Positions 27,001 to 39,100 of a DNA stretch of 64,000 nt are shown one piece after another. A program made the position numbers and the translations under genes. Below the pieces are notes generated by a model that was given only the letters and a program-made list of their open reading frames with translations, searched no databases and was not told the DNA's origin. Origin of the DNA: Octopus vulgaris (lineage: Eukaryota); contig OX597824.1 in NCBI GenBank assembly GCA_951406725.2, positions 85,002,001 through 85,066,000 of the forward strand. The letters run 5' to 3'. Position 1 is the stretch's first letter; the number at the start of each line of letters is the position of its first letter.

Positions 27001-30000
27001 AGTAAGACACCCAGTTTCTTTCTATTCTTTGTTTCCATTGGTTTCTTTGATTGCAGGTAACTTTTGAGCCAATCACTTGGTGTCCAAATAGGTTAATAGA
27101 TCATAAACCATTTAGCCCAAGTCATACATGACCCAGCAGATTTATGTTCAAAGGTATTCTAACTGAAACCATTCAGTTTTTTTTCCTGTATTTCAAGGAC
27201 TATGTTGTTCATTCCTTTTTTTCTTTTATAAGACAGGTGGATGTGATTTGAGGAAGATTTGGCTGCTATTTCTTGTAGACTGAGCAGCTGGATAGAAGCT
27301 CTCTCTCTTGTTAACGTTAAGGTTAGGTTTAGATCATTTAGATCAGTGGTTCTCAACTGGGATCCAAGTAAGATTTCGGGCTGGGAGAGGGTCCACATCA
27401 ACAAAATAGTACACAGGGGATCCACAGTAGTATTTTAAAGGTTCACATGGAAACATTTTGCTTTGGGTGTATTTACTGCAAGAAACAGCTAGGTTTCTTT
27501 CTCTAACATTTTACATAGTTCAACCTAAATTTGACTAAAATCCTTCGAGGTGGTGTTCCAGCATGGTCACAGTCCAATGGCTGAAACAAGTAAAAGATGA
27601 AAGATAATGCTGCTAATATGTGATATCTTAGATGAATGCTGAAGTTACCCTATTCAAATAGAGTGGAAAACCTTGAAGTAGCTACAAGAAAGGGACAGGT
27701 TAAGTTTGTTGGGCATAAGATGAGGAGACAAAATCTTGAATGCTTAGTGTGTTTTAAGGGAGATCTGACGGTTATTTCTAGCAGGATAGTAGCTCATTTG
27801 AAGGGAGAAGAAATTTATGGGAAGACTGAAAGAGAAGATCCTGGATGGCTTAATTAGCTGGCTACGGAAAGATCGAGCCATTAATTAGCTAAGCTGTGGC
27901 TGAGATATGAGGGGATTTAGGTCCATAATTACTGACACCTTTAGGCCAGTGATGTAAAGGATATGAAGTGCTGTAATGACATTATTATGTGGTTGAAGGA
28001 ATATGGCCAAATTTTGTGGTATAATATCGTGCATTGTAGAAGAGTAATGGACCAAATGTAGAGTATAGTGTGTTGGTATGATGCTGCAGATAGAGTGTCC
28101 TGATTATCTCCCTTTGTAGATCCAACCCTAAACATTTCGGATCTTTACCTTTTGACAGACGGATTTAAAAAATAATTTTTTGTAACTAACACTTTCAAAC
28201 TTCGGACACTGGTAGAATGTGTCATATAAAACATCTTTTACTCTTAGCATTTTTGAGAAAAGCCTATATTTACAAAGTTATTTCACGTTAAAGTTGTCGT
28301 ATTTCAGTAATTTCAACCAATCAATGATGTGTATTCAGCTGAATAAAATTACTGCTGTTGTTTGTCAACAAGAACTTCTGCAGGGTGTATATTTCATTTG
28401 TCACTGTTATTTATGACAACCCTAAACCTAAAACCTTAACCCCCTAACCCTAAAATCTTAACCCTAACACCCTAACCCTAAAACCCTAACCCTAACACCC
28501 TAACCCTAAAACCATAACCCTAACACCCTAACCCTAAAACCCTAACCTTAACCCACTAACCCTAACCCTAAAACCCTAACCCTAAACACACAAACGATGT
28601 CATAAATAACAGTGACAAACGAAAAATACACTGCCAATGGTTGTTGTTGACAAACAACAGCAGTAATTTTATTCAGCTGAATACACATCATTGATTGGTT
28701 GAAATTACTGAAATACGACAACATAAATGTGAAATAACTTCGTAAATATAAGCTTTTCTCAAAAATGCTAAGAGTAAAAGATATATGACACATTCTACCA
28801 GTGTCCAAAGTTTGAAAGTGTTTAGTTACAAAAAATTTGGACTGTAAGCTACTAATATATTTTGAGGAGAATTTAGTTGACAGAAACTGTACAGAAGCCT
28901 ATTTTTTTCCATGCTGGCCAACACTGATGTATACAGTTATTAGAGAATTTTTCGATTACCTAATATCTTGTGCAAATCTGATTGGTAAGATTGGCTGTAA
29001 TGGCTCTGTAATACTGTATATTTTGATTAAAATATATTTATGTATGTATATATTTATGTGTGTGTGTGTGTGTGTGTGTGAGAGAGTGTGTGTATGTGTG
29101 TGTATAACACGAGGATGTGAAATAAGTAAAGATCCAACATTTCTACAGATGAGATGCTTTGGTACAACCATTTTGGCACCACCTGTTTAGTGTCAGTGAT
29201 GCGATACAGACATATTTGACATCAGACATTTAAATGTTTCTTTCCTTCTCTCCCTTGTGCCTCATCTCTCTCTCTCCCTGTTTATGTATGTGAGCATATT
29301 TCTCTATGTATATGACGAGATGAAATGTATTTATATCAAGCATGTCCAACTAATAACTTGTAATTGTCTCTCTCTCTCCCTTTCACCCCCTTCTATCTGT
29401 ATGTGTAGATTTCTGTATACATGCATGCATGCATGTTGCCCTCTAGCACCAAAAATTACTGTCACCAAAACAGGCTGAATGGCCAGTCAGCCATGCCAAA
29501 TTACCAGTGTTTGCATTTAACCCTTTCGTTACCCACCCGGCTGAAACCGGCTCTGGCTCTTTAGTATAAATGTCTTGTTTTCATAAATTTAGAATTAAAA
29601 TTTTCCACCAAATCTTCATCGCAATCTATGTTCCTAACACTAGTTTAATGATAAGGATGTTATTTTACTAAATTCTTTGTTATATTTAAAATAATTGAAA
29701 GAAACACAGAGCATCTCAAACATCTTTGTCCAATCATCTCTTTCTGACATTTAATCCACTCCTTGCTCTGCAGAACTGCAGTCTCCTCAAATACCCTTCT
29801 CATCCATTTACATTTTTCCCTGCAAAAGTTAACTGACAGATATTCAGACTGAACATCAGCTAAATTGATTTGGTCAATATGGGAGTGCTGGCAAAGATAC
29901 ACGACCTCCGCTTCTTCTCTTGACTAATTGATAAACTTTATTCTTTTATGCATATAGGAATAGGTGTGGCTGTGTGGTAAGTAGCTTGCTTACGAACCCC

Positions 30001-33000
30001 ATGGTTCCAGGTTCAATCTCACTGCATGGCACCTTGGGCAAGTGTCTTCTGCTATAGCCTCGGGCTGACCAAAGCTTTGTGAGTGGATTTGGTAGACGGA
30101 AACTGAAAGAAGCCCATCGTATATATGTATATATATGTATGTATATATATGTATGTGTGTGTATGTTTGTATGTGCGTGTTTGTGTGTCTGTTTGTCCCC
30201 CTCAACATCGCTTGACAACTGATGCTGGTGTGTTTACATCCCCGTAACTTAGTGGTTCGGCAAAAGAGACCGATAGAATAAGTACTAGGCTTACAAAGAA
30301 TAAGTCCTGGGGGGCGATTTGCTCGACTAAAGGTGGTGCTCCAGCATGGCTACAGTCAAATGACTGGAACAAGTAAAAAAGTAAAAGAATAAAAGAGATA
30401 TAAACATACATGCACGCATGCAGATGGATACCATCTGACAAAATGAGGCAATTGTCATGCATGCATGTCTCATCTTGTCAGATGATTGCCATCATACCTT
30501 CAGCCAAGAAATGGCATGATGACAAAAGCTTGTCCAACACTTCATTTTGCCTCTCTGTCGGTCGCCTTTGTAGGTCCTAGTGAGAAATGTTACAAGATGA
30601 CTGATACTATTTTGACTGTCAGCTTCTTGTCAGAGTATCTTCCTCTTAGAAAAGCTGCCCTCCCATGATGGCTTTGTCAAAAAATAAAAGGATGCCAGAC
30701 TCTAGCTAATTTCTCTCTTTTCAAACCAAAAAATTTTAGGGTTTAATTACTTCTTTTCTTCTGTTTTTTTCCTAACAGATGCAGAACGGAATAAAATGAA
30801 AAAAAAAGAACTGAAAGAGTTAGTTTTGAAGCATCAACAAAAGCAGTGTCTTAAAACTGGTGCTACTGATGGAAGTGTGGTAAGTGAACTGGTGTCTCTG
30901 TAGTACTGAAATTTAGTGTTGAATAAACATGTTTATTTTTTTTAGAAACTGCTTCTTCTAGCATGTAAAATTATCTGTTAAAGGTAATTTCTCTTGTGTT
31001 TAAATGTACACTATTTTATATATATACGTGTGTGTAAGTTTCATATGAGATAGATGGGCTGAAATAGTACATTCCATGAACACATCCGAAATAGATCCCC
31101 CTTAAATGCTTAGATAGCTTAACCAGAAGTAGTTGATAGTTTTTGCCACCTTGGAGACCTCAGCAGTAAGGGAGGTCGTTGCTCTGAAAATATAATAGCC
31201 AGAGTAAGAACAGGTCTTATATATGCATATATATGTGTATATGTATGTGTGTACATGCTTATATTCATATAATATGTTATTTGTATATGTGTGTGTGTGT
31301 GTGTGTGAACACCTCAATCAGTTAGCTGTTCTTGTTCTTTGGATGATGAAATATCTTTATGGCTTCAGAAGGCAACTGATTCCTTTAGGGATCTTGAGTT
31401 TAGTGTCCGGTCCCAACATGGCATCACAAGATGAACCAAAGTTGCTGTATACCATGCATGTGTGCTGACATCATGTAAGGGTCCTTGAGTGCTTCCATCA
31501 AAGATATCTGGGATACACCTTGAATGTTTGCTGCTCCTTGTGGACTCCAGACACAGAGGTCTTGAGGGTAGTTGATGTCTTGAACATTGAAGTGATGGTC
31601 CACAGGCACTGTTTCGTTTCAACTGGACACCTTGTTTGGATGAATGATCAGAGGATTACTAAGCAGATGCTATATGGCAAACTTGTTTGTAGAAAGACTA
31701 TGATTAAAGGATTGTGCAAAGTCCTTGTTGAAAGCATGTAAGATATGAGAGGTCAATTGGGAAAGCAATGCTTGTCATCGCTGCCAATAGAAGAAACAAG
31801 TAGGGGCCTAGGAATAGCAATGAGAATCTACTTTTGTATTCAGCTTGTAACTAAGATCCCTAATTGTCTCATTGAGCCTTGCCATTGGATCTGGTTCTTG
31901 GTTCTGCTATGAGCAGCTAATCCTCTCACCTTGAACTTATTAGGCACCAGATGGCAGTCTTATACAATATAATGGGTTCCATTATATTTGAGAGAGTCAA
32001 CAATAATAGGTTCCATGATATATGAGAGACAGAGAGAAAGAGAGAGAGAATTTCTTTATTCACCATAAGGTTGAGAAAAAGAGGGGACAATATGAGGACA
32101 GACAAAACAAACATTGGGGTCAGGGTATTGAATGAGATGAAACGTATGAATAAAGAGAAAGAGAGAGCAAGTAAGCAAGCTCAATGCTTTTTCTATATTT
32201 TTTATTGACATATTAAAATTGTGTCTTGTTGGCTGTTGCAGGTACCTTCAAAACTTCAGCTAAGACCTTATGACCGGAAACCCACAATTGATCTTTCAGG
32301 CACACCCGCTGACAACGTTAACCTACCATCCTTTACTTCCACACATACTTCCAAACATACATTTTCATCTGGTGTAAAATCCCCTTATTCACAGAATAAG
32401 GAAACAAAACCATTAAGGCCCTATGTGAAGAAACAGAGACTTCCTGGAAAAACTGTAAAAAGCTCAGCTCTGAAGCTTAGTAAAGTATATGGCCCTGTGC
32501 AGACAAAAGTTCAAGACCAAAAACCCAATGATCATATCCAAACAAAAGTTTTGGAAGATAGAAAAGTTGAATGGGACATATTCAGCAGTCAGGTTCAGAG
32601 AAAGAGGAAACTGTTGCCTGACCCTGCAGAAAGAACAGACCCTCAATCTGTGACTAAGATTTCTGAATCAGTTCCATCAGCAGAGCAGCAGACTATATTA
32701 GGATCTCAAGAGGCTTCCAAAGTTGTTGAAAAGAAAGAATTAGCAGAAAAATATTGGCAGCTTTCAGGGTAAATAAGCACTGTTTCTACATTTTTTTTTC
32801 TGTTTTTCTTTTCGTTTTCTTTTTGTGCTGTTCTGTAGCCATTGATTACACACTATTTTTTTTTTACTGGTTTCATTTGGACCACGGCCATGCTGGTGCA
32901 TTGTCTTCAAAATATAGCTGTTTATATTACTTTTCTTTTTTTGCAGCTACTGCTTAAAGAAATTCACGTATTTCAGTAAGGTTTTATGAGAGGTAAAAGT

Positions 33001-33132
33001 GACCTGTACCTTGAAATTTTAGCATGTTGAATATCAGGTTCAGTCCCACTGTGTGGCACCTTGGGCAAGTGTCTTCTACTATAGGCCTATTTGGATCAAA
33101 ACCTTTGATAGACGGAAACTGAAAGAAGTGTC

Positions 33133-33171
<39 letters not shown>

Positions 33172-36100
33172 CACACACATACACATATATATATTGTTGC
33201 TATTATGATAAACTGTCGTGTGTCCAAATTGTTTTGGCCAAACTACTGCATCTCCAGTAGCTTCAGATGCCAAGATATCAAAGTATATTACAATGGTTTT
33301 GTTATGGAATGGTGAAACTACTTTTTCGTTTTCTGAAAAAGCAATGTTTCGGACTTATAACACTTTTGCATAATAGCAACGATATATATATACATATGTA
33401 TATATGTGTGTTAATACCTCCTCATCTTGAACTTGGAGGCACAAATAATGCACCTGTTTGCAACATTGTCAAGAATTCTGTTCCTAATCGTTTGTGCTAT
33501 AACTCTTTCTTAGACACGTGCACACATGTATGAGGTGCATTTCAGAAGTTCTGAAACTTTTCAGGAGAGACAATACAAAACCCTAATCTCCTTCAAAGTA
33601 GGGTCTTTTGTAGCATTCCAGCCACTTTGTGAAGACCCCATGGGAGTCCCCCAAAGTAAAAGTGTCCAGTCTCCATCTTCTCAATGTCTTTAAAATAACT
33701 GCCCCAAGATTCGTTGTTAGCTTAGTGAACAATCAAAGGTCATAGGGAACAAGGTCTGGACTGTAGGGAGGGTGGGGGACAGTTCTGATGCCCATCTCTG
33801 TCAAGAAGGTGGTTACAAGGATGGGTATTGTCCTGGTGCAAGTGCTACCAATCATGAGTGGAAGAGTTCTGGCCTTTTGCAATGGCATCTCTCAGAACCT
33901 CCATAAAATACTCTTTGTTGAGCATCTGGTTAGAGGGAATTCAGTGGATGATGATGCCTTTGCTGTTGAAAAAAGGGGATCATCATGAGCTTCCTGGTGG
34001 ACTTGCTTTGCCTGGCATTTTTGGGTCTAGGGAAGCCAGGAGTTTCCATTGGGCTCTCTGTCTCTTGGCTTCTGGATCATAACAGTAAACCCAGGTTTCA
34101 TCACAGGCCATCAGAGACTCAAGTCCTCTTGGACTGGAAATAATGAGCTCAACCATCTCCCTGATGTAACTAACGCATCTTTCCTTCTGTTTGTCATTGT
34201 GTACCTTGGGAACAAACATTCCACTTGTTCAGATCTTCATGAATAATTCTGTGTATAGTTGCTACACCCACTCCAAACTGTATGCTTATTGTCTTTATAG
34301 ACTCATGACTGTCTTCATCCAGAAAATTGCAAATTTTCTCAGCCAACTCTCAATATTCTGATGACCCTCACCCTCCTACACCTCTCAAGATTTCTCATCT
34401 CCTCTCTTCCATCTTTGAACCTATCATGCTAGCTAAAACAAGCTCAGCTCATACAAGTTCAGCCATAAGCTGTCTGGAGTGTTTCATAAGTTCCTGCAGT
34501 GTTTTTGCTCAGTTTAACATAAAATTTTATTGCAGAGTGAGCTTTCAAATTGCCTTCGCAATCCAGCTGCATTCTGTAAAGTCAGCTGTGACAAGAGTGT
34601 TTAGTAGGGTGTGTTCAAAGTGTTGTTACAGTCATCTCCTTCAATCTGTAAAAGATAAAAAAAAAATGTTGGCAAGTTAGCTTATTAGACGTATAGTATT
34701 GTTTTACTAAAATTACAGCAATCTAGGACCGTTATAACTGCTTCTCTTAAAAAAATCTCAAACCATCTGGAATGCAGCCCCTATTTTAACTTCTTGTACG
34801 ATACAATTCCGCATTAGTTACCTTGCCTCGAACAACCCAAAATGACTCTAATTTTACTTCACTTGCCCTTATTTATTTAAACGATGTAAGGCGGCGAGCT
34901 GGCAGAATCGTTAGCACGCCGGGCGAAATGCTTAGTGGTATTTCGTCTGCCATTACGTTCTGAGTTCAAATTCCGCCGAGGTCGACTTTGCCTTTCATCC
35001 TTTCGGGGGTCGATAAATTAAGTACCAGTTACGCACTGGGGTCGATATAATCGACCTAATCCGTTTGTCTGTCCTTGTTTGTCCCCTCTGTGTTTAGCCC
35101 CTTGTGGGTAGTAAAGAAATAGATATTTCGTGTCTTTATGTTCTGAGTTCAAATTTCACCGAGGTCGATAAATTAAGTATCAGTTGCGTACTGGGGTCGA
35201 TCGACTGAGTCCCTTCCCCCAAAATTTCGGGCCTCGTGCCTCGAGTAAAAAAGATTATTTAAACAATGTAAGAGACTCTCTAATGCAAGGGAGCAAACTT
35301 TTAATCTTTTCTCAGTTCGTAACACGCGCGTTTTTGTGTCTTTGACGATGAATTTCTACGTTTTTTGTTTGGATATTTTTCGTTGAAATATGACCGCCAT
35401 TCATTTTTTCAACGACGTATTTGATGAATTAATGTAGGTGGACCTGTTGGCTTTGGAGGTGATTGTCAGAGTAATATTATTTTTCTCTTTTCCGTGCATA
35501 CAAGTGACCTGCTAGATTTCGATCTGGCTGATTTCAAGTGACTGACGTATTGTCGGGCACTGTTATCGATAAAGTACATGGATTTTTTTACAAGTGTCAT
35601 TTAGGACTTGAATGCAAAGGCGGTTGAATATATCTTTCAACTTTTTTCAGTTGAGTTTGATAGGTACGGCGCTCAACACACTACAGTATTTCCCGATTGA
35701 TTTGTCTCTTTCTCGATTGAATTCGTCCTTTTCTCGAATGAAATCATCCTTTTCTCGAATGAATTTGTCCCTTTCTCAAATGAATTCGTCCCTTTCTTAA
35801 ATGAATTCGTCCCTTTCCCGAATGAATTCGTCCCTTTCTCAAACGAATTCGTCCCTTTCTCGATTGAATTCGTCCCTTTCTCGAATGAATTCGTCCCTTT
35901 CTCGAATGAATTCGTCCTTTTCTCGAATGAATTTGTCCCTTTCTCAAATGAATTCGTCCCTTTCTTAAATGAATTCGTCCCTTTCTTAAATGAATTCGCC
36001 CCTTTCCCGAATGAATTCGTCCCTTTCTCAAACGAATTCGTCCCTTTCTCGAATGAATTCGTCCCTTTCTCAAACGAATTCGTCCCTTTCTCGAATGAAT

Positions 36101-39100
36101 TCATCCCTTTCTCGAATGAATTCGTTCCTTTCTCAAACGAATTCGTCCCTTTCTCGAATGAATTCGTCCCTTTCTCAAACGAATTCGTCCCTTTCTCAAA
36201 CGAATTCTCGAATGAATTCGTCCCTTTCTCGAATGAATTCGCCACTTTCTCAAACGAATTTGTCCCTTTCTTAAATGAATTCATCCCTTTCTTCGAATGA
36301 ATTCGTCCCTTTCTTAAATGAATTCGTCCCTTTCTCAAATGAATTCGTCTTTTGATATCAAAACCAATTTAGATCTTAAAAATTTGACTCCCAAAAGTTT
36401 AAACGAACATGAAAAATAGTATCTTAGCACGGGAATAGTGAAAATAAGGGACGAAAATAAGCGAAAAAAAGAAATTAAACTTAAAACGATTTAAATTCAT
36501 TTTAAAACTCTTGTTATGATAAATATTTCACGAATCCTTCATATTCAATGCTTGTGGGATGAAAAATGTTTGATGTCGATCATATCTTGCACAATTTACA
36601 GCAGATATTGAATTCGTTGCAAGATACATTGCTGTATTTAAAATGGAAGCACTCCGTCGGTTACGATGATGAGGGTTCCGGTTGATCCGATCAACGGAAC
36701 AGCCTGCTCGTGAAATTAACGTGTAAGTGGCTGAGCACTCCACAGACACGTGTACCCTTAACGTAGTTCTCGGGGATATTCAGCGTGACACAGAGAGTGA
36801 CAAGGCCGGCCCTTTGAAATACAGGTACAAAAGAAACAGGAAGTAAGAATGAGAGAAAGTTGTGGTGAAAGAGTACAGCAGGGATCACCACCATCCCTGC
36901 CGGAGCCTCGTGGAGCTTTTAGGTGTTTTCGCTCAATAAACACTCACAACGCCCGGTCTGGGAATCGAAACCGCGAGTCCGCTGCCCTAACCACTGGGTC
37001 ATTGCGCCTCCATTGTATTTAAAATATTCATTCTATGAATCGTCACGGACAAATTTTCTGGTCTGTTGTAAAAATCATTTCTATGACTCAGTAGTTACTG
37101 CTTCACAAAAGATTTCAATTTGTTGAACATTTCCTCAACATTGGGATGTCGTGACGCGAGATCGATTTCATTGATACGTTTATAGATGCACGCATTGTCC
37201 ATAATAAATACGATAGGATATGATGTAGTTGCAACGATCTTTAGCGAACATTGATGTAAAACAAAAGCTGTTAAATTCTGAAGCTGTGATCTTAAATATT
37301 TCCAAGTGGACAAAACCCGCAATATCCATAAGCGTCAATAATGTTTAAATTTGCCCCTTTAGTAGAAGAATGATCGGTAATTGCCTGAACGCCACGGTAA
37401 GCTCTGCCCATCGACCTTTAAAAAAAAAAAGATCGTCAAAATATTTCATAAACAAAAGTATTAGGCGCAGGAGTGGCTGTGTGGTAAGTAGCTTGCTTAC
37501 CAACCGCATGGTTCCGGGTTCATTCTCGCTGTGTGGCACCTTGGGCAAGTGTCTTCTACTATAGCCTCGAGCTGACCAAAACCTTGTGAGTGGATTTGGT
37601 AGACGGAAACTGAAAGAAGCCCGTCGTATATATGTATATACATATATGTGTATGTGTGTGTATATATTTGTGTGTCTGTGTTTGTCCCCCTAGCATTGCT
37701 TGGCAATTGATGCCCCCATCACTTAGCGGTTTGGCAAAACAGACCGATAGAATAAGTACTAGGCTTCCAAAGAATAAGTCCTGGGGTCGATTTGCTCGAT
37801 TAAAGGCGGTGCTCCAGCATGGCCACAGTCAAATGACTGAAACAAGTAAATGAATAAAAGAGTAAGAGTAAAGAGAGACAAATGGCCAATCCATTATCTT
37901 GAAGTCATTTTGCATAATAACATCACTCCTTTTTTGTGTTTTCGTTATTTCCTTCTTGAGGGCGAATTATTAGTTTTTCAGAGTGTATCCAAAGCCGTCA
38001 AGATACCGATCAATAGTTGACAATGAAACAGTCAAATCGAATTTCTCTTGTAAAAATTCTTTCATTTTTTTCAAAGTTAAAGTTGGCTCCTCATTAATCG
38101 ATTCTTGTAAAAATCGTTGATGATCTTCTTTGATTTTTTGCTGCCCAGGTTTTTTTTTTTTTTTTGGAGAATAATCTTTCTGCGCAATTGTCTTGACTCT
38201 GCTGTAGTTAATATCAAGGGAGTGCTGTCCAAGCAACGTCGATTTGGTGGAGAAAGTGACCTGATGTCCGGCACGAACATTTGGACATTATAAACAAATC
38301 ATTTGTGCTGGTCGTTCGGCAAAACCTGGACGCTCATACATCGTCTTCGACTGGAATGTCCATCATATATCAGCAGTATCATTTTCCGACAGCTTTCCAT
38401 TTTAATATGGGTCGGATGTGCCAGTTCTTGTTTGGTGTTACTGTCACGCCTCACTCCTACATCCCATTTCCAGCATACTTTTATGGCTGGATGTCCTTAA
38501 GGCTAACCACTTAAGAGTGTAAATGGGTACATTTTTTGCGGAACATTTCGTAGAGAAGCTTGCATACCCTCAGCAAGACTAAAGCGTTGTCTCGTAACCG
38601 TCAATCATAACTAGAAAGGAGACAGTTATCCTTAGTTATCTGTTGGATAACTAATAGGAAATCGGTGGATTTGGAGTTAAAATTATAGTTACTTAAGAAA
38701 AGGTGGCGAGCTGGCAGAAACGTTAGCACGCCGGGCGAAATGCGTAGCCATATTTCGTTTGCCGTTACGTTCTGAGTTCAAATTCCGCCGAGGTCGACTT
38801 TGCCTTTCATCCTTTCGGAGTCAATTAAATAAGTACCAGTTGCGCACTGGGGTCGATATAATCGACTTAATCCGTTTGTCTGTCCTTGTTTGTTCTCTGT
38901 GTGTTTAGCCCCTTGTGGGTAGTGAAGAAATAGGTAGCTCGTCTGTCTTTACGTTCTGAGTTCAAATTCCGCGGAGGTCGACTTTGCCTTTCATCCTTTC
39001 GGAGTCGATGAATTAAGTACCAGTTGCGTACTAAGGTCGATCTAATCGATTGGCCCCCTCCCCCCAAATTTCGGGCCTTGTGCCTAGAGTAGAAAAGTAT

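Noticed and set aside
28419-28585. True telomere or chromosome fusion site
   Set aside because: Short, degenerate, single orientation, and enclosed by transposon-like inverted arms within an intron.
35673-36338. 221-aa EKGTNSF-repeat ORF, or a CRISPR-like array
   Set aside because: Contiguous 21-bp tandem repeat with no unique spacers and no cas genes; intronic and antisense to SCNM1.
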